DNA from: an uncultured Solirubrobacterales bacterium
GTDB taxonomy: Bacteria; Actinomycetota; Thermoleophilia; Solirubrobacterales; Solirubrobacteraceae
Assembly: GCA_963706395.1 (NCBI GenBank)
Contig: OY970158.1
Location: forward strand, 394,421 to 458,420
Reading direction: 5' to 3'
DNA: 64,000 nucleotides
In this document: piece after piece, positions 27,446-38,555 of the stretch
Layout of the letters: every line of letters starts with the position of its first letter
How positions within the stretch are numbered: position 1 is the first letter of the stretch
Position numbers and translations under genes: made by a program
The notes under the pieces: model-generated
Databases searched by the model: none
Told to the model about the DNA's origin: nothing
What the model saw: the letters and a program-made list of their open reading frames with translations, nothing else

Positions 27446-28921
27446 GTGAACTTCGCCAGGGACGTCCTCGACCAGCTGCCGCCTTCGGGCCTGGCGCTCG
27501 TAGAGCTGACGCGCGACGGCGCGCGCCGCGAGTGGACGTTCGCCGAGGTCAGCGAGCGCAGCGCGTGCCTGGCTGGCACTCTGCGGGCCCGCGGAATCGG
27601 GCGCGGCGACGTGGTGCTGACGCTGATCGGCAACCGGCCCGAGTGGGTGTTCACGATGCTGGCCTGCTTTCGGATCGGCGCGGTCGTGCTGCCGTGCACC
27701 GAGCAGTTGCGCGCGAAGGACCTGGCCTTGCGCATCGAGGCAGTGCGCCCATCGCTGATCCTCGCCGATGAGCGCAACCGGGCCGAGTTGGAGATAGCCC
27801 GGCCGGAATGCCCGGTGGCACTCCTGCCTGAGGAGACGCTGTTCGCGTCCGAGCCGGCGCCTGCCGCAGAGCTCGCGGCGGAGGAGCCCTGCCTGATCAC
27901 CTTCACCAGCGGCACGGCGGGCGAGCCGAAGGCGGTGGTGCATGGCCAGCGCTACCTCACCGGGCAGCGTTTGCAGGCCTCACACTGGCTCGACGCGCGT
28001 GCGGGTGAGCTCGTGTGGTGTACCGCCGCGAGCGGCTGGTCGAAGTCCGCCCGCAACATCTTCATCGCGCCGTGGCTGTCGGGCGCTGCCGCGCTGCTGC
28101 ACGATGCACGTTTTGACCCGGATGAGCGGCTGGAGCTGCTCGCGCGCGAGCGCGTGAACGTGCTGTGCATGGCCCCAACCGAGTACCGGGTGATCGCCAA
28201 GCGCTCGAACCTGCGAGCGCTTCCGGCACTGCGCACGATGGTGGCCGCGGGCGAGGCGCTCAATCCCGAGGTCCTGCGCGCTTGGCGTGCAGTCACCGGA
28301 CTGGAGATCCGCGACGGCTACGGCCAGACTGAGACAGGCCAGCTGACCGGCGCGCCGCCCGGCGCGCAGGCAAGGCCCGGCTCGATGGGACCCGCGCTGC
28401 CGGGCGTGGGCCTGCTGATCAAATACGGCGAGCTGACGGCGAACCCGGTGACCATTCCGACCTTCTTCCTCGGCTACCTAGGCGAGCACGTGCGCCGTGA
28501 CGAGGACGGCACATGGAGCGTGGAGGACCGCCGCGCCGGACCGCCGTGGCGCACCGGAGACCTGGTGGCGCAGGATGAGGACGGCTGGTATCACTTCGAG
28601 GGGCGTAACGACGATCTGATCATCTCCGCCGGCTACCGGATCGGGCCGTTCGAGGTCGAGTCCGCGCTCGTCGCTCACCCCGCGGTGGCCGAGGCCGCCG
28701 CCGTGGCGGCCCCGGATGAGGAGCGCGGCGAGGTCGTGCGCGCGGTGGTCGTGCTGCGCGACGGCCACGCCCCTTCCACGGCGCTGGCCAAGGAGCTGCA
28801 GGAGCACGTCAAGCTTCAGACCGCGCCCTACAAGTACCCGCGCATCATCGACTTCGCCTCCGAGCTCCCGAAGACCGCAAGCGGGAAGATCAGACGAGCT
28901 GCTCTGCGGTCTGAGCGCTAA
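27446..28921 (+). CDS. AMP-forming acyl-CoA synthetase (short/medium chain)
   Basis: FTSGTAGEPK, DGYGQTET, RTGD, GRNDDLI.SAGYRIGPFEVE, YKYPR, PKTASGKI. Confidence 0.9.
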   Translation: MNFARDVLDQLPPSGLALVELTRDGARREWTFAEVSERSACLAGTLRARGIGRGDVVLTLIGNRPEWVFTMLACFRIGAVVLPCTEQLRAKDLALRIEAVRPSLILADERNRAELEIARPECPVALLPEETLFASEPAPAAELAAEEPCLITFTSGTAGEPKAVVHGQRYLTGQRLQASHWLDARAGELVWCTAASGWSKSARNIFIAPWLSGAAALLHDARFDPDERLELLARERVNVLCMAPTEYRVIAKRSNLRALPALRTMVAAGEALNPEVLRAWRAVTGLEIRDGYGQTETGQLTGAPPGAQARPGSMGPALPGVGLLIKYGELTANPVTIPTFFLGYLGEHVRRDEDGTWSVEDRRAGPPWRTGDLVAQDEDGWYHFEGRNDDLIISAGYRIGPFEVESALVAHPAVAEAAAVAAPDEERGEVVRAVVVLRDGHAPSTALAKELQEHVKLQTAPYKYPRIIDFASELPKTASGKIRRAALRSER

Positions 28922-30434
28922 CGCTCGCGCGGGCGAAGTCGCTCTCGAGCTCTTTGACCTCTTGCGCCACCGCCGGCGCGGGAGGACGCAGCACTCCGAA
29001 CGCCGCGAGGATGCCCACACTGACGAACGCCGCCGCCACTATGTAGGCGAGGTGGTACCCGCCGGTCAGCGCACTGGACAGCGGGTTCCCGCTGGCGCTC
29101 AGCGTCTTGGTGTGGTCGGTGGCGATCGTCCCGAGCGTGGCGAGGCCGATCGCGCCGAACAGCTGCACCGAGACGTTGATGATTCCGGAGGCGAGGCCCG
29201 CGTCGCGCGCGGGCGCGTCGGCCATCCCAATCGTGAGCAGCGGCAAAAACGACGCGCCTGCCCCCAGGCCGAGCGCCAGGAAGGCGAAGAACAGGCCGGG
29301 GAAGTAGCTCGCGTGAATGCCCTGGGCCGCGAGCAGCACCAAGCCCACGATGATCCCCACCAGCCCGGCCGCAAGCGTCTGCACCGAGCCAAAGCGCTCC
29401 ACGGCCCGTGCCGAGAGTCCCATCGACATGGTCGCGATCGCGATCGTCAGCGGCATGAATGCAAGTCCCGTGTCGATCGCGTTGTAGCCGAGCACGCGCT
29501 CTAGGTACAGGGCGCCGAGGAAGAACGCGGAGAACATGCCCGTCACGAGCAGCCCGCGAACTAGGCTCGACCCCATCAGCATGCGCAGGCGCAGGATCCT
29601 AAGCGGCATGATCGGGTTGGAGATGCGGGACTCCAGCCAGAAGAAGGCGCCGAGCAGGAGCAGCGCAGCACCGCCGACGCCGAGCGTGCGCGCCGAGAGC
29701 AGGCCGTATTCGGTCGACTTGACGATCGCGAAAGCGCCCAGCATCGTCGCGAGCGTGATCAGGATCGATCCCGCCACGTCGACACCGCCGGCCAGGCCGA
29801 TGCCCTCGTTCTCCTCGATCAGCACCCAGCCGAGCAGGAACGCGAGCGCTCCGATCGGCACGTTGACAAAGAAGATCCAGTGCCAGTCCAGTGACTGTGT
29901 GAGCGCACCCCCGGCGAGCAGGCCGATCGAGCCGCCACCAGCGGAGACGAACGCGTAGGCGCCCATCGCCTTAGCCTGCTCAGCGCGCTGCGGGAACTCG
30001 GTCACGATGATCGCGAGGATCACCGCAGAGGCCACCGCCCCACCGATCCCTTGCAGCAGGCGAGCGCCGATCAAAAGCCCCTGGCTGTTGGCGAGGCCGC
30101 ACAACACCGAGGCCGTGGTGAACAGGACGAGCCCTGTGAGGAAGACCTTCTTGCGGCCGACCAAGTCGCCGACCCGGCCAGCGAGCAGCAAAAAGCCGCC
30201 GAAGGTGATCAGGTAGCCGTCGATCACCCACGTGAGGTTGCCCTGGGAGAAGTGCAGGTCGCGCTGAATCGAGGGCAGCGCGACGTTGACGATCGTCGCG
30301 TCGAGCACCATCATCAGCTGGCCGAGGCAGAGCACCGAGAGCGCTATCCAGCGGCGGCGCTCTTGCTTGCGCTCGGTGTCTGATCTCCCGTTTGCGGTCG
30401 GCCCGGCTTGGTCTGCGACGGTGATCTGGCTCAT
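28890..30434 (-). CDS. MFS efflux transporter, DHA2 (EmrB/QacA) family
   Basis: LDATIVNVALPSI, GRVGDLVGRKK, WHWIFFVNVP; about 14 TM helices. Confidence 0.92.
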   Translation of the reverse strand: MSQITVADQAGPTANGRSDTERKQERRRWIALSVLCLGQLMMVLDATIVNVALPSIQRDLHFSQGNLTWVIDGYLITFGGFLLLAGRVGDLVGRKKVFLTGLVLFTTASVLCGLANSQGLLIGARLLQGIGGAVASAVILAIIVTEFPQRAEQAKAMGAYAFVSAGGGSIGLLAGGALTQSLDWHWIFFVNVPIGALAFLLGWVLIEENEGIGLAGGVDVAGSILITLATMLGAFAIVKSTEYGLLSARTLGVGGAALLLLGAFFWLESRISNPIMPLRILRLRMLMGSSLVRGLLVTGMFSAFFLGALYLERVLGYNAIDTGLAFMPLTIAIATMSMGLSARAVERFGSVQTLAAGLVGIIVGLVLLAAQGIHASYFPGLFFAFLALGLGAGASFLPLLTIGMADAPARDAGLASGIINVSVQLFGAIGLATLGTIATDHTKTLSASGNPLSSALTGGYHLAYIVAAAFVSVGILAAFGVLRPPAPAVAQEVKELESDFARASVSAQTAEQLV

Positions 30435-30503
30435 GTGTGGCTCCTTCTGGGTGGCGAAGTAGCACACCATACCATGGATCATCCTTGCTATAGAGATGAT
30501 CGA

Positions 30504-30516
30504 CATAAAATTTATG
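30504..30516. promoter_or_regulatory. Candidate MarR operator
   Basis: CATAAA-A-TTTATG inverted repeat in the AT-rich gap between the divergent MFS and marR genes. Confidence 0.5.
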
Positions 30517-30598
30517 ATCGCTGCTAGAGTGACTACAGATGGAGAATGGTGTAAAATCACTCGCGATGGGTGCTGAGAGGGCATGTGCTCCGGGCTCG

Positions 30599-31039
30599 AT
30601 GGTGCTGCTCACCCGGCTGGCCAAGCAGGTTTACCGGCGCAGCAGCGACGAGCTGTTGGGGATGCAGCTGCGTCACCTGGTCGCGCTCAGCTATGTGCGT
30701 GACCACGATGCCTGCCCTCAGCACGAGCTGGCCGAGGCGTTCTGTATGGACGCCAACAACGTCGTTTTGCTGCTCAACGAGCTCGAGCAGCTGGGCTACG
30801 CCACGCGCCTGCGCGACCCCGACGATCGCCGTCGCCACATGGTCGAGCTCACTCCCGTGGGCGCGGAGGCGCTGAGCCTCGCCGAGCACGCCCAGGAAGC
30901 GATCGAGGACGACGTCTTGCAGGCACTCGATCCGAGCGAACGCGCCACCCTCTGGCAGCTGTTGACCCGTGCGCTCTACGGCGCCGAGCCGGCCACAGAC
31001 AACACCTACAGCGCGACGACCGCGTCGATCTCGACCTGA
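30599..31039 (+). CDS. MarR family transcriptional regulator (start uncertain)
   Basis: QHELAEAFCMD..NVVLLLNELEQLGY..R.RDPDDRRR..VELT. Confidence 0.9.
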   Translation: MVLLTRLAKQVYRRSSDELLGMQLRHLVALSYVRDHDACPQHELAEAFCMDANNVVLLLNELEQLGYATRLRDPDDRRRHMVELTPVGAEALSLAEHAQEAIEDDVLQALDPSERATLWQLLTRALYGAEPATDNTYSATTASIST

Positions 31040-31392
31040 GCGCCCTTCGGCAGCGCCGCCACGCCGACCGTCACGCGCGCCGGGGGATCGTCCGCGAAGA
31101 AGCTCGCGTACACCTCGTTGACCTCCCCGAAGGCCGCCAGGCCGGTCATGTAGATCGTGATCCGAACAGCGTCCTGCAGCGTCGCTCCCGCCGCTGCGCA
31201 GACGGCGTCCAGGTTCTCCAGACAGCGGCGCGCCTGCTCGGCAGGCGTCTCTCCCACCAGCTCGCCGGTCGCCGGGTCGAGCGGGATCTGACCCGAGCAG
31301 AACAAGAGGCCGCCCGCACGGACCGCGTGGCTGTAAGGGCCGATCGCCGCGGGAGCGCCGCGGGCCTTGACGATCTCACGCTCACCGCTCAT
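31006..31392 (-). CDS. ridA: RidA/YjgF imine deaminase
   Basis: APAAIGPYSHA, SGQI, NEVYASFF..PPAR..VGVAALPKGAQVEI. Confidence 0.93.
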   Translation of the reverse strand: MSGEREIVKARGAPAAIGPYSHAVRAGGLLFCSGQIPLDPATGELVGETPAEQARRCLENLDAVCAAAGATLQDAVRITIYMTGLAAFGEVNEVYASFFADDPPARVTVGVAALPKGAQVEIDAVVAL

Positions 31393-31435
31393 CAGTGAGG
31401 CGAGCCTACCGCGTCACCCGGTAACGTCTGAGGGA

Positions 31436-33431
31436 ATGTTCAGGCGCGCGCCGACACCCCTGCTCGTGGCGGCGCTGCTGATCGGAATCCTTCAGAGTGT
31501 GAGCGTCGCGCCAGCCGATGGCGCGCTGGCGTTCGCCCCCTGTGCGAGCAACGCCCCAGCTGGTTTTTCCTGCGCGGCCGTGCCAGTCCCGCTCGACCGC
31601 CGCGGCCAGGTGCCCGGCACGATCGCCTTGAGCGTCGAGCGCAAGTCTGCGAGCCCCATCCAGAGCAAGGCCGCCGTCCTCGCGCTGGCGGGCGGCCCGG
31701 GCCAGGCGGCGCTGGGACTCGGCGAATTCATCGCCAAAGCCCTGGCGCCAGCGCTCACCGCGCGGGACCTGCTCATCTTCGACCAGCGCGGCACCGGCGC
31801 ATCTGGCCCGCTGAGCTGCTCCGCCCTGAACAGCTTCAGCGGCACCGCAAGCCAGGCCTTCGAACATTGCGCCCTTGAGATCGGGCCGGCCCGCGGCGCT
31901 TACACCACCCAGGAATCGGTGGCAGACATCGAGGCCATCCGCCAGGCCGCGGGGTATGAAAAGCTCGTCCTGTACGGCACTTCCTATGGCACGAAGGTCG
32001 CCGAGCAGTACGCCGAACGCTACCCGCAACACGTGGAAGCCCTCGTACTCGACTCGGTCGTGCCCCCGGACGGGCCGGAACCGTTCGCGATCCCCACTTT
32101 TCAGGCGATCGGATCAGTACTCGGCGAGCTGTGCTCGAAGGGCGCCTGCACGGCGATCACACCCAACCCGCTGGCGGACATCGCGAGCCTTGCGGCACGG
32201 TTGCGCAAGCATCCCGCGAGCGGCTCGGTATACGACGGCTCGGGCCATCGCCACACCGCCACGCTGGCGGAGCCGGGCCTGCTCGGCATTCTGCAGGCAG
32301 GTGACCTGAACCCCGCGCTGCGCGCGCTGCTGCCAGCCGCGGTGCACTCAGCGCTGCGCAACGACCCCGATCCGCTGCTGCGCCTGCAGCTGCTCGCCGA
32401 GGGGCTGATCCCGAACAGGCCGGGGGGCCACCCGACCGAAGAAAACTCCGATCAGATCGACGAAGCGCTGTTCGTGACGACCACGTGTGAGGAGGCGCCA
32501 TTCCCCTGGCAGCGCAGCGGCGCTGCGGCGACGCGGCTCGCGGAAGCCCGCGGCGCCCTGAGCGCCCTGCCGGGCTCGGACTTCTATCCATTCGACGCTC
32601 CCACCGCGTTTGAAAGCAGCCTAATCCCGGCCTGTGCCGGCTGGCCGGACGCATCGGCGGCGAGCGTCGTGCCGGGCGCGCTGCCGGATGTGCCAGCGCT
32701 GATCCTCTCCGGCGCCCAAGACTTGCGGACCCCAACCTCGGGCGCGCGGCGCGTCGCGGCGCTGATTCCAGATGCACAGCTGCTCGTCGTGCCGTTCACG
32801 GGCCATTCGGTGATCGGCAGCGACTTCAGCGGCTGCGCCACGCAGGCCGTGACGGCGTTCTTCGCTGGCGGGGTGAGCGGACAGCCAATCCTCCCATGCG
32901 CGCCCAGCCCAGACATATTCGCGCCCACGCCGCTCACCCCCACGAAGCTCGCCTACGTACACCCGGCCCCGGGGCTAAGCGGTAGGCCAGGCCCTCACGC
33001 TCACCGCCGTGCTCGACACGATCATCGACCTCAACCGCCAGGTGATCGGCGCCACCCTGCAGGCCAATGCGCAGCTCCCCAGCGGGTCGAGCTTCGGCGG
33101 GCTGCGCGGCGGCGACGCCAAGCTGAGCTCCTCCAGATTGCAGCTGACCCGCTTCACGTTCGTGCCGGGTGTCCAGCTGAGTGGGACGTTCCCGGTGAGC
33201 AAAGGCCGGCTGCAGAGCGCAACCCTACGCATCTCGGGCGCCGCCGCCGCCAGCGGCACGGTGCGCGTGGGTTCCGGCAAGCAGGTCACCGGCAGCCTAG
33301 GGGGCAAGCGCTTCGACGTGAACATCGCCAAGGTCAGACTGTCGCGTGCGGGCTCCAGCCCGGGCGAATGGGTGGGCGGGCAACCATTACCCGTCGCCTT
33401 CCCGCTGCCTGCGCTTGCGGGGCTACGCTGA
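31436..33431 (+). CDS. Secreted TAP-like alpha/beta hydrolase; one frameshift near 32990
   Basis: Signal peptide, LAGGPG, DQRGTG, GTSYGT nucleophile elbow, DLRTP, GHSV; C-terminus continues in the 33009-33431 frame. Confidence 0.82.
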
Positions 33432-33435
33432 TCCA

Positions 33436-35235
33436 GTGCCCAACGCGCTAGCGCTCCAGACCTCCCCCTACCTGCGCCAGCACGCCTCCAACCCCGTCGA
33501 CTGGCTGCCCTGGGGACCCGTCGCGCTCGAGCGCGCCCGGTCCGAGGACAAGCCGCTGCTCGTGTCGATCGGCTACTCCTCCTGCCACTGGTGCCACGTG
33601 ATGGAGCACGAGTCCTTCGAAGATGTTCGCACGGCCGCGCTGATGAACGAATCCTTCATCTGCGTGAAGGTCGACCGCGAGGAGCGCCCGGACATCGACG
33701 CGCTCTACATGGAGGCCGTCCAGACCATGACCGGCCACGGCGGCTGGCCCCTGAACGTGTTCCTCACCCCCGAGCAGCTCCCGTTCTACGGCGGCACCTA
33801 CTTCCCGCCCGACTCCCGCCCCGGGATGCCCGCGTGGACGCAGGTGCTGCAAGCGATCGCCGAGGCGTGGTCAGAGCGACGCGAGGAGATCCGCGCGGGC
33901 GGCGAGAACCTGCGCGAGCGCCTGTCCGGCGGGGCGCTTCTTTCGCCCTCCTCCGAGCCGCTGCGCGAGGACGCACTCGACGCGGCGGTGGCCAGGCTCA
34001 AGGAGTCCTTCGATCCCCTCAACGGGGGATTTGGAGGCCCGCCGAAGTTCCCTCAAGGACCGGTAATCGAGTTCCTGCTGCTGCGTGGCGAGACAGAGAT
34101 GGCGCTGCACACCCTGCGCGCGATGGCCTCGGGAGGCATCCACGACGTCCTCGGCGGCGGCTTTCACCGCTACGCGGTCGACGCCACCTGGACCGTCCCC
34201 CATTTCGAGAAGATGCTCTACGACAACGCCCTGCTCGCCCGCGCCTACCTCCATGGTTGGCAGGCATCCGGAGACCCGGAGCTGCGTGCAGTCTGCGTGG
34301 ATACGCTCGACTGGGTACTGCGCGAGATGCGGGGCCCCGAGGGCGGCTTCTACTCCGCGCTCGACGCCGACTCAGAGGGCGTCGAGGGCCGCTTCTACGT
34401 GTGGACCGTCGCCGAGCTGAGAGATGTCCTGGGAGAGGAAGCCGATGCGGCGATCGCCTGGTTCGGCGCCACCGCCCAGGGCAACTTCGTCGATCCGCAC
34501 CGGGTGGACGGGACTCCATCAGGCCTCAACGTGCTGACCAACCGCGGCCCCGCCCCTCCGGAGGACGTGCGGCTGCGCATCCGTTCACGCCTGCTGCAGG
34601 CGCGCGCGCATCGCACCCGCCCGGCACTGGATGACAAGCGCCTGACCTCCTGGAACGCGCTGATGATCACCGCTCTGGCCGATGCCGGAGCGGCGCTCGA
34701 TGAGCCGGCATATCTCGACGCGGCCGTTGCCTGCGCCGAGTTCGTCCTGCGAGACCTACGCGACGATCACGGCCGTCTGCTGCGCACCTACAACGACTCC
34801 CAGGCCACCATCGGCGCCTATCTCGAGGATCACGCCTTCCTGCTGGAGGCGCTGCTCATCTTGTTTGAAACGACCTGTCAGGAGCGCTGGTTCACGGAGG
34901 CGAGCGCCCTCGCGGACATTTTGATCGCCCGCTTCTCAGATCCAAACAACGGCGGCTTCTATTCGACCGCCTCAGACAGTGAAGCGCTGATCGCGCGCCG
35001 CAAGGACCTCGAGGACTCCCCGATTCCCGCCGGCGCCTCCTCCGCCGCGCTCGGCCTGTTGCGACTGGCTCAGCTGACCGGGTCAGAGGAGTACGAGCGT
35101 CACGCCGTCTCGGTCCTGCGCCTGCTCGCAGACATCGCCCCCCGTCATCCCACCGCCTTCGGGCACCTGCTGCAGGTCCTGCACTGGCACCTCTCCCCCG
35201 CCCGCCCGATCGCCTGCGCGGTGCCTACAAAGTAG
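33436..35235 (+). CDS. YyaL/SSP411 family thioredoxin-domain protein
   Basis: [50 protein letters not shown]. Confidence 0.93.
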   Translation: MPNALALQTSPYLRQHASNPVDWLPWGPVALERARSEDKPLLVSIGYSSCHWCHVMEHESFEDVRTAALMNESFICVKVDREERPDIDALYMEAVQTMTGHGGWPLNVFLTPEQLPFYGGTYFPPDSRPGMPAWTQVLQAIAEAWSERREEIRAGGENLRERLSGGALLSPSSEPLREDALDAAVARLKESFDPLNGGFGGPPKFPQGPVIEFLLLRGETEMALHTLRAMASGGIHDVLGGGFHRYAVDATWTVPHFEKMLYDNALLARAYLHGWQASGDPELRAVCVDTLDWVLREMRGPEGGFYSALDADSEGVEGRFYVWTVAELRDVLGEEADAAIAWFGATAQGNFVDPHRVDGTPSGLNVLTNRGPAPPEDVRLRIRSRLLQARAHRTRPALDDKRLTSWNALMITALADAGAALDEPAYLDAAVACAEFVLRDLRDDHGRLLRTYNDSQATIGAYLEDHAFLLEALLILFETTCQERWFTEASALADILIARFSDPNNGGFYSTASDSEALIARRKDLEDSPIPAGASSAALGLLRLAQLTGSEEYERHAVSVLRLLADIAPRHPTAFGHLLQVLHWHLSPARPIACAVPTK

Positions 35236-35300
35236 AGAGGCCAATGCGCCGGTATATGCGTTTTATCTATCCGTTTTGGGCGATAAAGGTCGTTGGCATC

Positions 35301-36653
35301 TCAAATAATCGAAAGGTAGCGGTCCAGCTCCCACTGGGTGACCTGCACGCGGTAGTCGTCCCACTCCTGACGCTTGATCTCCACGTACCTGTTGAACATG
35401 TGCTCCCCGAGGGTCCTCAGCACCAGCTCTGACTCCGCCATGATCTCGATCGCCTCGCCCAAGCTCTCCGGCAGCTGCTCCACGCCCAAGCGCTTGCGTT
35501 CCTCGCCTGAGAGGTGGTACAGGTTCTTCTCCATCGGCTCGGGAAGCTCGTACCCCTTCTCGATCCCCTCCAACCCCGCCTGCAACAGCACCGCGAACGT
35601 CAAATACGGGTTGCATGCAGGGTCCGGGCAGCGCAGCTCCATGCGCGTGGCCTTCTCCTTCCCCGGGTGATACAGCGGCACCCTTACCAGCGCCGAGCGG
35701 TTGCGCCGCGACCACGCGACATACACGGGCGCCTCAAAACCCGGCACCAGCCGCTTGTAGGAGTTCACCCACTGCGCGAAGACCGCGCAGATCTCCCGCG
35801 CGTGCTTGAGCTGGCCGGCGATGAACGCCTTGCCGACGTCTGACAGGAAGTACTGGTCATCGGGGTCATAAAACGCGTTCTTGCCGACAGAGAACAGCGA
35901 CTGGTGGGTGTGCATCCCCGAGCCGTTCTCGCCGAACAGCGGCTTCGGCATGAACGTCGCGTGCCAGCCGTACTTCATCGCGTACTCCTTCACGGTGATC
36001 CGGTAGGTCATGCAGTCGTCGGCCATCTTCAGCGCATCCGCATATCGCATGTCGATCTCGTGCTGGCTCGGCCCGACCTCGTGGTGGGTGTACTCGACAT
36101 GGATCCCCAGCTGCTCCAGCGCGAGCACCGTCTCACGACGGACATCCGAGCCCGCATCGAGCGTCGTCAGGTCGAAGTAGCCGCCCTCGTCGAGCACCTC
36201 GGTGCTCTTGCTGTCGCGAAACAGGAAGTACTCGAGCTCCGGCCCCACGTTGAATGTGTCGAAGCCCATCGTATGCGCGCGCTCGAGCGCTCTGCGCAGC
36301 ACGTGGCGCGGATCGCCCTCGTACGGCGTGCGCTCGGGGGTCACCACGTCGCAGAACATCCTCCCCACGCCCTGCTCCTCCGGGCGCCATGGCAACACCG
36401 CAAACGTCTTCGGATCGGGCATCGCGATCATGTCGGACTCCTCGATCGCGTTGAACCCGGTGATCGAGGACCCGTCGAAGCCCATTCCTGCCTCGAACGC
36501 GTCGTCCAGCTCGGCCGCGTTGATCGAAAACGACTTCAGCTGGCCGAGGATGTCGGTGAACCAGAAGCGGATGAAGCGGATCTCGTGCTCAGCCACGAGC
36601 GCCTTGACTTCCTCCGCGGTCTGCGGCTGCTCCTCTGTCGGCTGCGCTCCCAT
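35301..36653 (-). CDS. glnA: Glutamine synthetase type I
   Basis: FDGSSI, GPELEYF, HHEVGPSQHEI, ATFMPKP..GENGSGMH, NSYKRLVPGFEAP, ELRCPDP. Confidence 0.95.
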   Translation of the reverse strand: MGAQPTEEQPQTAEEVKALVAEHEIRFIRFWFTDILGQLKSFSINAAELDDAFEAGMGFDGSSITGFNAIEESDMIAMPDPKTFAVLPWRPEEQGVGRMFCDVVTPERTPYEGDPRHVLRRALERAHTMGFDTFNVGPELEYFLFRDSKSTEVLDEGGYFDLTTLDAGSDVRRETVLALEQLGIHVEYTHHEVGPSQHEIDMRYADALKMADDCMTYRITVKEYAMKYGWHATFMPKPLFGENGSGMHTHQSLFSVGKNAFYDPDDQYFLSDVGKAFIAGQLKHAREICAVFAQWVNSYKRLVPGFEAPVYVAWSRRNRSALVRVPLYHPGKEKATRMELRCPDPACNPYLTFAVLLQAGLEGIEKGYELPEPMEKNLYHLSGEERKRLGVEQLPESLGEAIEIMAESELVLRTLGEHMFNRYVEIKRQEWDDYRVQVTQWELDRYLSII

Positions 36654-36715
36654 CGCGCCGGACCTTAGACGATGACCTTCTCGCCCGCTATCGACTTTTG
36701 GCTAAACCGCCGGAG

Positions 36716-37225
36716 TCAGTGTCCGGCGACGGCGGCGACGAAGCTTGCCACCTGTTCGGCTTCCTTGCCCTGATACAGCATCGCCGGCATCTGCCCCAGC
36801 CCGCGGGCGCGGCCTTCGGCGATCGCGTTTTCGACGAGCGCTTTGCGACCGGCCGCAGCCGGGATGTCCGCCCCGACCCGCACGTCCAGGTTCGGGCCGG
36901 TGCGGCCGACCGACTTGACCGCCGCCAGCGTGTGGCAGACCGCGCAGGCATGGGCGAACAGTTCGCGGCCCTTCACCTGTTCAGCGTTCAAATGCAGCCC
37001 GCCAACCGCCACGCTCGCCTTGTGCTCGCCGTTGAACGCCAGCACGAGCGCCGGCACGGCCAGCCCGGCCGCGAACAGCAGCACGATCCCGAGCGTCACC
37101 GCGCGCTGACCGAGCTTCGAATCGGTGTGCAGGGACTCGCGCGCGCCGCGCGGGCCACCGCGCATCGCGACGAAGAACACCCCCAGGCCGAGAACCACCC
37201 AGAACAGGACGAAACCAATAACCAT
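36716..37225 (-). CDS. Membrane-anchored monoheme c-type cytochrome
   Basis: CAVCH heme motif, GPNLD, distal Met (GQMPA), two N-terminal TM helices. Confidence 0.88.
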   Translation of the reverse strand: MVIGFVLFWVVLGLGVFFVAMRGGPRGARESLHTDSKLGQRAVTLGIVLLFAAGLAVPALVLAFNGEHKASVAVGGLHLNAEQVKGRELFAHACAVCHTLAAVKSVGRTGPNLDVRVGADIPAAAGRKALVENAIAEGRARGLGQMPAMLYQGKEAEQVASFVAAVAGH

Positions 37226-37343
37226 GCGGGCGGGACCATATCGGCTGCCGGGGCCATACGGCCGGGCGCCGCCCGATGAGAGCTCTCTTATCTTGGCTTT
37301 AGCCTGGCGGAAGCTACAGCGCTACTCTGAGCTGGAGGGTCAC

Positions 37344-38489
37344 ATGAGCTATCTCCTTCGCAGACTTCCCCTCTCGCGCCTGCTGCTGCTCTGCGGACTG
37401 GTGGTCGTCCTCGGCATCTCCGCGACCGCGCTCGCGTCCGCGCTTTCCACTGGACCGACGCCACCAGCGAAGCCGTTGGCACAAGCGATCCACGATGCAC
37501 TCACCGGGGCGAACGGATCACAAGTCCAAGGGGTCAGCGCGAACATCCAGCTGACCGACCATCTGCTCGAAGGCGCCAGCCTGGCAAGTGGCGGTGGGAA
37601 CAGCTCGAGCGCCGCCGGTCAGCTCGCCTCCAGCCCGCTCCTCACCGGCTCCTCCGGCCGGATGTGGATCGCCAAGGACGGCCGCGTGCGCCTCGAACTG
37701 CAGGCCGAAAAAGGCGACACCCAGATCCTCTACGACGGCCACACGGTGTCGATCTACGACGCCGCCTCCAACACCCTCTATCGCTACACGATTCCCGCGC
37801 ACGAAGGCGGCGCTGGCTCGGGCACGGACTCGCCAACCTCTCCCACCCACCACGAAGTCCCAACCGTCGCGAAGATCGAAGAAGCGATCTCGCACTCAGA
37901 CCACGTGAGCCTTTCCGAAGCGAAACCGGACGACATCGCCGGCCAGGCCGCCTACACGGTACGCGTCACACCCAAGGAACCCGGCAGCCTGATCGCCGCC
38001 GGCGAGCTCTCCTTCGACGCCGCCAACGGCATCCCCCTGCGCGCGGCGATCTACTCCTCGCACAGCCCCTCCTCCCCGACGATCGAACTGGCAGCCACCG
38101 AAATCTCATATGGCCCCGTCGCGGACTCGGTGTTCGCCTTCACGCCGCCTTCCGGCGCCAAGATCGAAGAAATCATCCCGCCCAAGAAGGAAGGCGCGAA
38201 GTCCACCGATCCCACCTCCACGCAGAGCGGCGACCATCCTCACGTGAGGACCCACGGTCAGGGCATCGCGACGGTCGCAGTGATCGAAAGCAAGACACAG
38301 GAAAGCACCGCCAAGTCCCCATCCGCGATGACCGAAGGACTGCAGAAGATCAAGATCAACGGCATCGAAGCAGCCGAGCTACCCACCGCGCTCGGCACGC
38401 TGCTCAGCTTCGAGCGCTCCGGCGTGCGCTACGTGCTGGGTGGCTTCGTGGCGCCCAGCGCCGTCGAGACCGTCGCCAAGGGCCTGTAG
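37344..38489 (+). CDS. Secreted LolA-like/DUF2092-type protein
   Basis: Signal peptide; beta-rich GRVRLELQ...DTQILYDG..VSIYD; FAFTPPSGAKI; upstream of an ABC transporter. Confidence 0.65.
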   Translation: MSYLLRRLPLSRLLLLCGLVVVLGISATALASALSTGPTPPAKPLAQAIHDALTGANGSQVQGVSANIQLTDHLLEGASLASGGGNSSSAAGQLASSPLLTGSSGRMWIAKDGRVRLELQAEKGDTQILYDGHTVSIYDAASNTLYRYTIPAHEGGAGSGTDSPTSPTHHEVPTVAKIEEAISHSDHVSLSEAKPDDIAGQAAYTVRVTPKEPGSLIAAGELSFDAANGIPLRAAIYSSHSPSSPTIELAATEISYGPVADSVFAFTPPSGAKIEEIIPPKKEGAKSTDPTSTQSGDHPHVRTHGQGIATVAVIESKTQESTAKSPSAMTEGLQKIKINGIEAAELPTALGTLLSFERSGVRYVLGGFVAPSAVETVAKGL

Positions 38490-38555
38490 CGGTGAGCGAG
38501 GCCCCGCCCCGGCGGATGGGATCGTCGTTCCTGGCAAGAACGCAGGGAGCGTGTC

